Below are positions 33,895 through 47,680 of a stretch of DNA of 64,000 nt, in pieces. Each line of letters begins with the position of its first letter. Within the stretch, counting starts at the first letter, position 1. The translations under genes and the position numbers were made by a program. The DNA is from Psilocybe cubensis (lineage: Eukaryota): positions 1,302,001 to 1,366,000 of the forward strand of contig CM039005.1 in assembly GCA_017499595.2 (NCBI GenBank). The letters are read 5' to 3'. Under the pieces are notes generated by a model. It saw only the letters and a list, made by a program, of their open reading frames with translations, was not told the DNA's origin and did not search any database.

Positions 33895-36306
33895 CTATTT
33901 CGTCAACGGATTTCTGGCCCTCATCTCTTCTCCTTTATAGTAAATCCATATTGGAAATGGTATCCCCAGTACTATAGCCACGCCTGCTAGCATCTGATGT
34001 AGAGAACGCATATTGAGCAAGTGTATAAGATTATTGGAAATAGACGTACAGAATTTCCTCCTCCTTTGCCTAACGCATCGTACATCTGTTTGCCAAATAA
34101 CGGAAATGCAAATCCAAGCATGGATCGGAAAACCTGTTGGAAAGGGCGAGTTCAAATCTAAAAAACAATGCACAGGACTAAAACGCACCGCGGCCGCCGC
34201 CAATGCGCTTGCTGCGTACTTGAAAGAGTCCACGAGGTATAAAGTGATAGGTAGGCTACATGATCCGATTAATAAAGGTCCGATAACTCGTAACGGCACT
34301 CACAAAGTCAGCATCAAGGCTACGATTTGCATATTAGTATTGATTCACATCACAAGAGAGTAATAGGCACTCACCAAATGAGAAAATAGCCGTCCCGATG
34401 ATGGGCATGATCCAATGGACACCAGCCTCAGCAGACCATCCGTACCAGCTACAAATTCATTTCGTCACTGCGTTGAATCAACCAAAGGGAATTGCACTTA
34501 CAACAGACCAATTGGGGCCAAGATTGACCCCAGAAGCATGAAGGGGATGCGCATCTCTGGTTTAGGCTTTCCGTCGTTTTTCTTTGCAAGCTGATCCAGT
34601 ATCATATCATATTTAGCAAAATTCTGGTATGAAGGAAACATGTATCTTACATATTTGTAGAGTGAATCGCCCCATCTCGCGCCTGCTAGGGTCGACAGCA
34701 CAAACCCGAAGCCTAACCCGAGATATGCGAGGCCTCCGACGCCAGCCCCGAAACCATACGTATCGCTGAAAAGAGCTGGGAAAAGGTTAAGTTCGGGGTG
34801 CAGCTTCTTTAATGCATTTGTTGCTGCATACCTGGGAAGGTGGAAAACATGAGGTAGTAGATGCCTGTAATAATCAGATAGACGGTCAGTGGCATAATTA
34901 TGTTCGTAAAAATGCTCTACAAACCGTAGTTGCTATGCAAACAGCATTTGTTAGAGAGCGTCAGGAGCTTAATTACAAAAGCGGACTTACAACGCCATGT
35001 ATAAACTCAACACAAAACAAATGAAGCTTCTAAACAGCATTTCCAGAGGGCGAGTCACGCTGACCCATATAATCTTGTGTAAGCTTCCTTGAGCTTCAAT
35101 GAGAGCAGGATGAGCTCTGGCCGCCTTTTCGTCGTCACCATCGCGCATGGCTCGTCGGTAACGTATGATTGGAGCGTATGTTTCTCGTAGAAAGGGGATA
35201 GCAATAGCACTACCGACTCCACTTAAAACTAGAGTAACAAGATGAATAAATCCGAACGACAAGGCCAAAAGCCGACGCACTTGCAATCACGATGAAAACC
35301 CACTTAACGCCTATAGTTTGAGTTATGAAGCCTCCCGCAACGGGACCAATGGCAGGTCCTAATTATTGAGTAAAAGTGAGTAAAAATCGTCGCAAATATC
35401 GCTGTTCACACCTAGCAGGGGACCCAGATTATACATTGCCATGGCTTTGGCTCGATCCCGTGCGTCGAAGAGGTCGCTGACTGATCCGCCCCCCACTGCA
35501 ATAGGTGCACTGCCAGAAAATCCTGCTAAAAGTAGCGATGGGTCAACCGAGACTGACTTCAAGCTCCGGGAAAACAAAGGCACGCACAAAGAAATCGGAA
35601 CCCTATCAGTGCACCTGTGGTCGGTGCAAAGGCACAGCCAAGGTTGAATGCGATATTGAACAGGTTGCCAATGTGTAAAATCTGCTCACAAGTTTGCTAT
35701 CTATCAGTCCCGTCCAGGATATGTTCTTTATTGACTACTAACCCATGTCCGTCCATACATTTCCGATAGAGGCGCCAAAAATAGAGGCTATTTAAAGAGA
35801 ATGTCGTTTCAGTAAAGCAACCGCTGTAGAAGATGAGACCTACACCGATCGCAAAGGAAAGAAGGAAAATGGTCAAAGTTAATGCCACGATAGTCGGATT
35901 CTGAATGTTGAATCGTTCTGCGACTTCGGGAAGACCTGGGGACATCATGGAACTTGCAAGAGGAGGTATAAACGTATACAGGGAGACCTAGAGGAAAGTA
36001 TAGTCGTCATTATAGCGACAGGTAAAGTGCATTATTTCAACGAACAATGGCCATCGCCGACCACTTTTTGAAAGGTGCCCAATTTCTCGGGTTAATCGGA
36101 TCGCTTTCCCAATCCTCATCTTCTGAGGCCTTTTCATCGACAGTAGCTGCACTGAACTCGGTTGGTCCCTTTCCTGCCTCACAGTCGAGGTCTGCGTGAG
36201 TCAATGAAGACGCTCTCGTTGGGACGTTTGTAGATGGGTTGGACCCAGGGACGACGGTGACACTGGTGGAGAAGATTTCCTTCTTTTCCGATTCGTCACT
36301 GTCCAT
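33895..36306 (-). CDS. MFS multidrug transporter (DHA1-like), multi-exon
   Basis: WESDPINPRNWAPFKKW, PLSEMYGR, GFSGSAPIAVGGGSVSDLF, AMAMYNLGPLLG, LRETYAPII, KPEMRIP, YLVDSFKYAASALAA. Confidence 0.9.
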
Positions 36307-37638
36307 GGCAACCCTAGAAGAGAAAACGAAGAGGATATTGTGGTGGTCCAAAGGATTTGTAACGCTGCTCCAATCATTACTTATATGTGTTTGATCTGCT
36401 CTAATCCCTAGAGGAAATGGGGAAGAGTTCAGCCGACGTCACGGACCCGTAAGCGCAGATGACGCAAATGTACCAACAGTGTGAGTGCATATATCTAACC
36501 AACTCTAAGACCAACGACCTGAATGACACAACATGTCGACGAATGCACCATCTTAGAGCACTTTATCATCGATAAACATGCAGTGGTTCCCCTTTAGAAA
36601 GTCAAGAAGATTCCGGGCACAATAGTGCAAGGTATATAGTCTCGGAAGGACCCTTCGAGTTCTTGAGGTTGAAACCGAATTAGTTACGTGTTATTACGAG
36701 TCCCGAAGCAACGTCGTACCCATTGTCGGTGACGATGCTCTGTACAGGAGAGGGGGGATAAATGTTGGATACTAAACACGATAAAAAGCAGTGAATACTT
36801 GAGTTCGGCCATCCGGGCGAGAGAAGACAACGTGCTCCGTCACAAATAGTTACCCTGAGAAGCTCATTGCCACAACGTCGCAATTATCAAAGAACAGGAG
36901 GTTGTACCACAATAAGGATTGAACCATGCGGGCGTTACTGACACAAAGTAAGTGTTCTATTCTTGTCGAAGGCGGCGAATTTTCCAGGGTTGTTTGCTCG
37001 TGGTCGACTAGAAAGACTTGCAGGTGTTGAAGGGTGTCTCGGACAGGAGGCAATTAAGCGGGATTTTTGGGCATGAGTGTGATATGTATCAATCCTCAGA
37101 CTCAGAAAGAGTATCAAGAGCGCGCTGCATCGAATGCGTTGGCTGGCCGCGAGATGTTCGACTGAAGATAATGGAATAAAATTTACCTCAGGTTGGGTAT
37201 CCGCCGACGAGAACGCATTTCAAAATCACCGTAGACGAAGTTCCGATAATTGGGCCATAAAACTGAGATTGAAGAGCGGATACGTAAAAGTACGCGCCGA
37301 GCTCCTCGTTGCTGTCGATATCGAATAACCCACCGCATTTCCTGTTGAAGGGCATGGAAGGAGCCAGGAAGGAGCTAACGGAAGCAAACAGCGAGCTGTG
37401 ATTGGGCGGTGATTACGTCATAGAGGTGCCTGTCGGGTCACTAGTCACTGGCAGGTCCATGAAATTTTTTGTCCTCGCTTCATGAACGGCTTTCATTCAC
37501 GATCCCTTATGAAAGGACGTCGTTTAAAACACCTCAATATATGCTACACCCTTGTTTCTTTCTTACTTTACTGACAATTCATTATACCTGAGATACCCTT
37601 CGCGGCAACGCACGCTTAACCACCCAACCCTTTGGATC

Positions 37639-40600
37639 ATGAAATTCGCTCAGTGCGCAATCTTTCTTTCATTTCTATCTTCTAAACAGGGTTGAAAGGG
37701 GAAGACAGATACTTACAGGATACTCAGGTATGTTATGCCATTCATTCAATCAACAAGGGTTGCTCTAAATCAGTGGTCAGACGCCGGAATGGAAGAGGGC
37801 ATACATGTCAGCCAGGGTTCTTGCGCAATTGCAACTGCGACTCACCGTAATCTCGTAGTGACTATCGTGGACTGAAAAAACGTATCACCGTCATCAGAAA
37901 ATCGCAACAAGGACTCAATTTCCATGTTATCCCAAGTGATGAATCCCCAGACGAATTCCCGTCCCCGCCAGCTGCTCCACGCGCGTCTGACGTTGGTTCA
38001 GAGGACTACGCGCCGTCTATCTACTCACATGATGGTCCTCTGGAAGAAACGCATACAAAGGATCCTAAATCAACTGGAAACATGGACCTTTCAAGCGTTG
38101 ACCTTACAGAGGTGGGGAGGTACGCAGAAACTTCTATGGCTCCCGCCTCAGCCTCAGCATTCAGCTCTGGAAATCGGGTCAAATCAACTTCAGCGAAAGG
38201 ACGTGCATCTGTCAATATCAGTAGTCTCAAAGGTACAGGGGTACGTGGAGGCAAAAGTGTATCGAGTCGATGTACGTTTGTGTTGTCGTCCTTGTAAGAT
38301 CCGTTGACGTTTACTTCTTCTTCCACAGTCAACGGAATCACGCCACGTCCTCTTGACCCACTTTCGGTGCTACCATTGCATGAACTGCTAAACCATCTGT
38401 CACCCCAAGAAGTGTCATTCTTCATTCTCCTAGATGCCCAACTCGACAAAGTGGAGTCTTTCTACTTGGCACGCGAGAAGGAAATGTTGACCCGAGGGCG
38501 TATGCTCAAAATTCAACTCGTTGAATTACAGGAGCACCGCAAGCTATTTCACGTGAGTTATCTGTCTTTACACAAATAGAAGTGATTTGACCATCGTAAT
38601 AGGAAGCACAATCTCAAACCTCATGGGCCACGAATTTCCTTAGCGCTGCTAAATCAGTCGTCAATCTGGGCCGTCTACCTGCCAAAGTTGCGCCTCCTCA
38701 AAGCGACCTTTGCCGAATTCGATCGCGAAAGATCAAATCAATATTCAGATTCAAGGGTAGACCATCCGTAAGTTTACACCGAACTGGTGTTTCTTCCAAA
38801 TCTGACCCTTAGTTTACAGCAAGCGCCGAAGTCATTCGAAGCCTCAGCGGAAACGATACAAACTGATGCTATTCCCAAGTCAGAAGCCATCTCAAAAACC
38901 GGATCTGATCAAGCCTCAAGCTCCGGCGTAACAAAAGCGAAGACGCGGTTTCTGAAAGCATATACCAAGCGCAAGGAACGCGAGACAGCTGAACAAAACG
39001 ATAGTTCGTGTTCCGACTCCCAGCGCGCCGAGGATCCAGAAGATTTGCCAGGTTCAACCAGGGGTAACACCGTATCGAAGTGCGAAGGTTCAGACGCCGG
39101 CGACAATGACGAACAAGAGAGCCCCGGGCCACGTCAAATTCCCTTGTCTGCAGACCCAGACAGTTACCTATATGCAAAGAGGAAGCTTAAGAGGGCGGTG
39201 TTAGAGCACTATCGGTATGTGATTTAGCGGCTTTCTATGCTATCTATCAACTAATAGCTCGATCATTCGCATTTAGCGGTCTTGAAGTATTACACAATTA
39301 TCGAGCACGTAAATGTTTTGCTTCTCTGGTCCCTTAAATAACGTTGTGTTCCTCAGGTCCTTAATATAACCGGGTTCCGAAAGGCACTAAAGAAGTTTGA
39401 GAAAGTGACCAAGGTACCGCAATCTAGTGCGGTCTCATGAAGATTCTTCTTGACATTATTTTTGACTCTAGATCCCTGTTCAACAACAATACATGGCGGA
39501 AAAAGTAGGCATTGATGTTTCGGCTCCGTGTCGCTTCGATTCTAAGAATTTCATGTTACAGGTTGAAAAAAGCGCATTCGCATCTGACAAAGCTGTTGCA
39601 CAGATGATGGCTGAGATGGAGGACCTGTATGCAGCGGCGTTTGGTATGCCCTGTGCCCGTGCATGTCCCGAACAATAATTGTGCTAACCTTTTTAATATT
39701 CTCCCTTTCAAGCTCGTGGTAACAAGAAAATGGCTACCAAACGTCTTCGCGCGGGTAACAGCAGCAAAAGTCATCACTTCAGCACCTTCCGGTCCGGTGC
39801 ATATATTGGAATTGCCCTTCCGGCACTCATTGAGGGTTTAGTTAAAGGTGATTATGTTCTTTCTGCCGGCATGGACATTGTATAACACGGATATTTCTAG
39901 TCTCTAAACAGAGTACCAGACAAGCTATACCCGCATGGGGTCCACTGCTATTCATCTACGCCATTTTACTCATTCCAATCTTATTTACATTCCTGGTCGG
40001 CACAAACCTGCTTGTATGGGCCAACTCCAGAATAAACTACATCTTCATCTTCGGTGGGTATCTGTACTTATCTGACGATCGAGGATCTAAACGTTCTTCA
40101 GAAATCGATGTTCTGAGTCAACTTGACTATCGACAATATTTTGAGGTGGGCGTCTTATCAAAAGTAAAAGTACCACGCTAAATTCTTCTCATGAAAGCTC
40201 CCATCCATATTGTTATCTCTACTTTGCTATGCATTTTGGCTATCCTTTTCTCTAATCGAGCATCCTCATGTTTCACCAATGATATGGCCGCTCATTTGGC
40301 TGGGTGTTACATTTATAATTGTATTCGATCCTATCAATCTTCTGCACAGATCATCGAGGTACTGGCTCGTCAGGAACGTAGCTAAGCTCTTCATATCTGG
40401 AACGAGGCGTGTTGAGGTAAGTTTCACTTCATTTTTTCGCTACGTGGTAGCGTTGACACCTATTTTGTGTTCATGCAGTTTACCGATTTCTGGATGGGGT
40501 ACGTTTTGATTGCTTGAAATTAGCTTTACATTGCTTACCATGAATCATATCAGGGATCAACTGTGTAGTCTAATCTTCACGCTCTCGAACATCTATTTCT

Positions 40601-41631
40601 TTGTCTGCGTCTATGTAAACGACTTCCATCCAGACTGGAGAAAATGCTCTGTCAATTCTTCAACATGGCCTGCTTACTTTGCTCTCGCTGCTTTGCCCTT
40701 GCTGATTCGTCTAATTCAATCTGTGAAACGTTATTGGGATTCGAAATTACTTACTCATTTAATTAATGTACGTTTGGCCCCCCCTTTGAATCGAAATTAT
40801 TCCTTGGAGTCGCTGATACCAGTGCTTTTGCGTCGCTCATAGGGTGGAAAATACGGCAGTGGAATAGTCGCTTATTTTTTCTACTTTTTGTGGAGAACTC
40901 ATCGTTAGTCTTTTCACTTTTCGCGCCGGCTTATTTTGTTAACCCCGTTCTCTTCCGATAGAAAACGAACGAGGAACAATCTTTGCCCTCTGGTGTTTGA
41001 CTAATGTTATATATTCATTTTATGCTTCTGCCTGGGTGCGTTTTATCTTCCGCCTACAGACGGTGTTTTCGATGTTTAACAACAGCCTCTTCTTAGGACT
41101 TCCTGATGGACTGGTCCGTCCTGCAAATACACAGCACCAACCCTCTTCTGCGACCGGAGTTGATATACAATAACCATATACCAGTAAGTCGAAGACCAAT
41201 TGTATGACTTGTGAAACACTCAAGGAAATCTATCCAGATGTATTACTTTGCTATTGTGAGCTGATCGTCTTCGCAAAGCCTGCATACATCTTGAACCATT
41301 GGCCCCGCAGGTATCGAATGTCTTGATTAGATTCATCTGGTTGATATACATCCCTAAAAGCGGACCAAACATGATGGTCCGCACATTCATCGCCGGATTT
41401 CTGGAGATGTTGAGGAGGTTGCAATGGAATTTCTGTGAGTACGGACACGATGATGTAGCGAATGGCTGATGAACGATTCTTATGACAGATCGATTGGAAA
41501 ATGAACATCTTGGTAATATGGATCAGTACCGCGTCACTCGAGAGGTTCCATTGCCTTATGCGTTCAACAACCGGAGTAGGGACGATGATGGCGATGACGA
41601 TGAAGAGGGTTTGAAGATCAGGCGCCGATAA
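37639..41631 (+). CDS. SYG1: SPX-EXS domain protein (SYG1/XPR1-type phosphate exporter homologue)
   Basis: MKFAQ-YLQDTQ-TPEWKRAYI-DYRGLKKRI across microexons, LDAQLDKVESFY, EHYRGLEVLHNYRVLNITGFRKALKKFEK, EXS motifs NSRINYIFIF, FTDFWMGDQLCSL, LEMLRRLQWNF, LENEHLGNMDQYRVTREVPLPY. Confidence 0.92.
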
Positions 41632-41743
41632 GGATATAGAAGGAGGGGCGGTATTGTAATAGTGTAGCATTGTACTTGATACGAATCTGTATCTTTTGGT
41701 ATCTTTGTAGTAATAAGTTACAATATCTGTAGCTCTCCACGAA

Positions 41744-42562
41744 TCAAGGGTTTTTCAAGGAAAGACGCATTGACAAGGCATCCTCTCCATCTCCATCTAG
41801 AATGTTAAGAAATGAGTGTCAAGAAACCAAGAGGCTTGAAGCCACGCACAATATTTCTTCTCCACTTTGGCAACCTCAAACCCTAGTGTATCCTTATACA
41901 ATGCTATAGCGGCCTTGTTCGACTTTCGTACGTGGAGAGACACGTATGAGGCCTTGTAAATGGACGACATCGCTTCCTCTGTAAAAACGTGAGTCTAATC
42001 GCGAAATGCACAGTTCTCGTGGAATTGCACGCACGGGAGAGCAACATAAGTTTCTTGGCTAGTCCTAGTCGTCTGTATGACCGGAGGACGGATATCGAGT
42101 TGACGTGACCGTGAATTTCCTCCGTGGTGCCTTCTTCACTTGGGTCCTCACTAAACTCACAGGTCAAGCAGGATTCCGCGTGCGAGTGTGAATGTACGTA
42201 CATTTTAGCCAACACATATCCAACGATACGTCCTTTGTGATCCTCAGCGACAAATGATATCTGAGGCCAGGTCATGGAATGGTACATCCCTACGAAAAGT
42301 TATCAGAACCATGTTCACATTCAAAAACGATGCAAATGGGACATACAAAATTTCATCATGTAGTTCTCCGGAAGATTCTGCAAGTTGCATGCTTGCATCC
42401 CCATCAAGTCCTCAACCTGGAAGATTTATGTTATGAGAGAAGTTCCTTGCTGCACACGAGATGTTGTGTATGAATTAGGTTTCGCTGACCTGGCATCAGT
42501 CATTGACATGGCGCAGAGGAATCGCAAGGAGTTGGGCTTACCTTGGCTACTCTGATGTTCAT
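41744..42562 (-). CDS. ARD1: N-terminal acetyltransferase A catalytic subunit (ARD1/NAA10)
   Basis: [99 protein letters not shown]. Confidence 0.95.
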
Positions 42563-43298
42563 ATTGAAAGCAGTAAGGTAGTCGTTATATCCTTGATGTT
42601 CTCCAAAGAATCAAATCTTCGTAATAACCTGGTTGAGGTTGAAAATCGATGGGCTTAACGATGAAATGCGCGACGTTCAGTTCATAAGCTAGGCTTGTCG
42701 CCGCTGTAGCCTGTCGCCGATCATTCCTTTCCATGCAATGGTCTCGGGCCGAACAGTCCCAATGATGACTAAGCGAATATCTTTTGCAGGAGTCGCTTCA
42801 ACCTTTTCAATCTCACCCAAACTCAGCATCCTCCTTCAGGCCTTGTTGGCTTCTTTTAAACTATAAACTATTTGAAACCACTTTTAAGACAGCGAAACTC
42901 TACATGTCTTCAGCATTTGGCCAAAGTACAGGTCAGAGTTTGCATGACACTGCCTAGTGACCAGAATACAAGTTGAGCCCATGGCGGCTTGAGCCACGAT
43001 CAGGCCTCCCCGGTGGCAACTCTTCCATGGCTTTAAATAGGGCCAGTTTAAAGTTATTATAGAGGTGGAAAATACCCAGGGATGGCTCACATGAATGCTG
43101 CTTCATAGAGTTTCCCTCCATACGGCTTCTTCGACTCCATTCAAGATTTTTATTCAATGGAGGCACACGAACGTCGCAACCGAATTCATGTGAGATTCTC
43201 GGGCAGTATAAATTCTGAGGATCTATTCAGGATTTCCGTCCAGTGTCCCTCGTCTCAGTTACGACCCCAGCAATTCTAAGCTGATCACGACGACTTCG

Positions 43299-44915
43299 AT
43301 GGCTCTATTCACTCCACTTCAAATCGGTGATTTCGCAATAAAGAATCGGATTACTATGGCAGCTTTCGCCAGAAACCGTGCGAAGGACACATACCCAACG
43401 GAGCTCATGAAAGAATATTACATTCAGCGAGCTAAGGGTGGAGCAGGTCTCATCGTTACTGAAGCTATTCTGGTGTCCCGGCAAGGGTTCGTGTAGTGCA
43501 TTGATCTTCTCCGTGTTTTTTATCATAGCTAGGTACTCAGAACTGAATGGCCTTATTCTCCGGGACTTTGGGAGGATAAACATGTTAAGCTTTGGACCGG
43601 GATTGTAGATGCTGTTCATCAAGCGCGAGGGTTAATTTATGGACAGGTCAGTCCTCCACTGTCTTCAACGTTATGAAATTTGCTCTGTTCTCACGTCCAT
43701 CTTTTCTTTTAGCTTTGGCATGGTACGAATTCTGACATCTCACGCTTTTGCATGAGGTTGATTACAGATGCAATGTCGAATGCTTAGCTGGAAGAGTAAG
43801 TCATCCGGATGCTGAACAGCAGAAGCTTGCAGGAATTGTATGCTTTGAATTTTTTGTCGTCACCTATATCTTCCTGATATGAATTCTATGCCCTAGCCGG
43901 TATATGCACCATCTGCAATTGCTGCACGAGGTGGCAAGTTTAAAGAGCTTCCTGGATGCCCAGGTTACGTCGTGGTAAGCTCTCGATGCCGTCATCACAT
44001 TTTCGACTAACAGTGAAATTCGCTGAAGTAGCCTACAGCTATTGAAAATCCTTGGGAAATAGTAGAGGAGTTTAGACAAGCCGCTATCAATGCGAAAAGA
44101 GCAGGATTCGACGGCGTTGAGTGTATGTTCAATCGAATCAATTTTCCTCTTCAACAGTTTCCACAACTACACATAATTGCAGTGCATGGTTCTAACGGTT
44201 ACATAATTCAACAATTCCTTGATAGTACCAGTAATCGCCGAAGTGACGAATGGGGAGGCAGTATAGAAAATCGTTCAAGGTTTGCACTCGAAGTCCTGAA
44301 AGTCATGATCGAATCCTTTGGCAAGAATGTAGCCGTCAAACTCAGTCCTGCTGGTGGTGATAACGACATGGGGTATGTATATTCTTTTGACTAGGATCCT
44401 CTTGTGAAATAGAACTGACTATGCTTTCCAGCATGCCTCTCCAAGAAACCCTTGATACATACTCATACTTCATTTCTGAGGCCGATAAACTAGGCATCAG
44501 CTATATATGTCTGGTTCGATATCAAGACGCGTATGATGTTCAGTACGATGGTGCGTTTCACTCTCGCGGCATAAATCCCATTGATAATCGATTTCCTTCT
44601 GGATCTTACTTAGGAATTTCACGTTCGACACGTCATGATGTTCTTGAATCATACGCTCATTTGGTCAAGAACGCAAAAGTTATCATCAATGCCTGCGTAA
44701 CTCCAGAAGAAGGCGAGCTGCTCGTAGCGTCTAAAAAGGCAGACGCTATCGCCATTGGCTTCAATTGGGTGACCCATCCTGATCTGGCGAATCGCGTTTT
44801 GCATGGTAAACCACTCGACAATGTACTTGATATGGCCCATTTACAAACAAACCGGAGCCCGGAGGATTGGAGTACGGGGTATACAGATTACCCGTGTGCG
44901 ACAGATTCAAATTGA
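43299..44915 (+). CDS. Old Yellow Enzyme family NADH:flavin oxidoreductase, copy 3
   Basis: [88 protein letters not shown] near 43207. Confidence 0.93.
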
Positions 44916-46537
44916 CGGTTGAATCTACTACTGCAGAATTCTTATGGCAATCCTATTAGGCTCCCAAAATATAATTGGTTCGACTCTCATGGCACCTGTT
45001 GCGAAAAATTGTAAATCAGAGTCTGATCGGAAAGCCCCTATATATTGTCATTTCCCATAACTGTTGAAAATCCTATCAATTAACTACCAACCGAGGCGTG
45101 ATGTGTGCTGGTACCAACTTATATTATGCACTGACTGAATTATGGTCGTCAGAAACCACCATGAGTTATACAATATCAGCAATGAAACAAATCTGAGCCA
45201 TGGCATGGTTATAATTGGTAAATAATTTCACAAAGTTGCTACATAATGGACGGTTTTCGTGTGCAGTGTCATTCAATTTTCACTGAATCTTCGAGACCGC
45301 CTGCTGATGCTTAAGCCGCGATGAAAGTGCCTAAATGATATCTTTATTAGACGGAAAGACTGACAGATACAGAATTAGCCGCTCACATAGAGGCTAAGCG
45401 TGCGGAAGGTGCTCGATATTTTACTACTTAGCAAAGCACTCCTGGAGGCAGTTGTGCGCATCTTGAGTTTTATGAGAATACAATGACCGTTAGAATAAAT
45501 ATCCTCCAAATATGCATGCATGGCGAAATGCCACTCACTTGGGGTACGGAACCGATTTGCAGCATGTAAGTCCAGTGTTACCTAACATATGTCCTGTATT
45601 TGAGTGATCACACCAAAAAGCACGATCATATGCACTTACAGTCCTATCAAGAATAATGAACAGCCATGCATTAGGATAACCATGACATAGATTCAGTGCT
45701 AACTTACTCCTTGACCTGAGCCTGGTAACATTGCAAGTCATATCAGTAATTTGGGCAGCAACTTGTTGACGTCGTAACCCTGCAGCTAGATAAACACTTA
45801 CATCGGTCCCCTAGGCCACCCTGAGCCGCTGAAAAAGCCGCTGAGCCGGAGAGAATAAGTAAAAGGGTGGAGAATTTGACGATCTTGTACATCGTAGAGC
45901 TTTGTAGAGGTTTCCCTTCGGATCCTGCCTCTTTTATAGCTTTACGGGCTCGACAGGCGTATATAGAATCCCTAAAACAACGGATATTTACACATCACAT
46001 GGTGTTCATTCGACCTTTATTTCAAAAAAGAATTGATTATAATCAACTATTTCATTAGCATTATGAAAGGAATGACAAAGGTATTGGAGCCGCTTACCGT
46101 CATGTTTACGACAAACTCAAGAAATTACTCGAGACGTATGTGAACAATTGTAAACTCCTACACTTGGGTAAACACATGCCTTCCGAGGTAATTTACATTT
46201 GAAAGAATCGAAGTGTTACATAAGATTTTGTAAAAACTAAGGTCGCATTTGATGTCAAGAAAGCACAACAAGAAATCAGAGAATGAATGGGTGGCGCGTA
46301 AAACTAAAAATAACGAAGCAAATGGCTTAGAGGGGTAATAGGCGCTCGACTTTTTCATGTGACACGCTCTGAAATCCACTTCAACATCTCCTTGCAGTTA
46401 CGTTACCTTTTTTTACATCGTTAGGCTATGATCCATTCTTATTTTCATTTTGAATCAAATCAACTGTTTTCCGGTGCAGTACATCACTCGGATAAAATCT
46501 AATCCGGAAACTCCTCAAGTTTCGATAGCATGGTTGC

Positions 46538-47680
46538 CTAAAACACATAATCCGTCAACTTCATTGAGAATGTGATTGATGACATGGAGCGAAGGTCCGG
46601 AAGAATGTTTTCCGCGTGTAGCTGGATATGTTTTTGGAGCTTGGGGTCGAGAGATTGTCCCAGTCTCTTGCAGGCAATATTCAAGTTTACGGTCTTGAGG
46701 TGGGAAAATTTGGGGTTAGACAAAACAGCGTCAAGGTCGTCCAGACGGCTTCGTGAATTGGGGGCATCTATGGAACCGTTGTCGTCGCAGTCGAATAGGA
46801 TTTCGTATCCGATGGTGATATTGAGAACCTCAATAGGGCTAGAGTACGATTTATCGATGCGAAGCATTTGGCAGAGATTTGGAAGGACCAGACGACATTC
46901 TGCCTCGCTATTGGTAAATGGTGCGCCAATAGTAATTGATAAATTGCGCAAATTTTTGAGTGATACCAATTCGAAGTTTGGCGGGAACAAAATAAAGTCT
47001 GACAAGGAATCGTAAGGTCAGTTACACGTGAAGCGAAAATGGTATATAGGCCACTCGCCTTCTTCGGTGGGTTTCCAGACTATAGCAGTATATATCAAAG
47101 ACAAAGATTCGAGGTTGGAAGAGCAGGGAAGAAGGTTGTAAGGAAGACGAGTAATGTTTTGCAGCTCAAGAGACGTCAGTGAGGGGGAAGCGCATAGTCT
47201 CAAAATAGAGGATGACAGTTCCTCGCTAAAGCTGCCCCACCGAATTGTGCGAATCACGTTTTTGAACACGAATTTTCTGACCCCGCTGAGTCTCTGCAGA
47301 ATTGATGGTACAGTAGGATCCATGAGCAGCCAACAGGGTCGGAAAAGCTGAGCAACATCCTTGAATATGTTCCCCAATACCAATGTTTGAACAGTGCCCG
47401 CCGTCCCAAGCCGATCCGTTTCCCCCAAGAGGTTGAGCAACGTTTGCAGCCATCCTTTTTGTTTCCGGTTGTACTCGGATTGAAATTGCGGACCACCCAA
47501 TAGCTGTAGAGTCGCGAACAAATGATGTTTGACCCGAAAGTGGAAGGATTTGGATACAAGTGAACACGCCAGAAGGTCTTTCCTATTCTCCGCTGCCGCT
47601 AAATCATCGATGACTAGGTCAAAGATTTCCGTCGGGAAAACAGCAGTCTGGACCTTGTTAGTGTATACCATGTCCTCCAT
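46538..47680 (-). CDS. Fungal F-box-like / LRR-like hypothetical protein (2 exons; start uncertain)
   Basis: FPTEIFDLVIDDL...LLACSLVSKSFHFRVKHHLF N-terminal F-box-like motif and leucine-rich segments (LTSLELQNI, LESLSL, LKNLRNLSITI). Confidence 0.7.

Noticed and set aside
2788..44915. SDR, three OYEs and an MFS transporter as a secondary-metabolite gene cluster
   Set aside because: No PKS, NRPS, terpene synthase, prenyltransferase or RiPP precursor is visible, and the genes are interspersed with housekeeping genes and a transposon.
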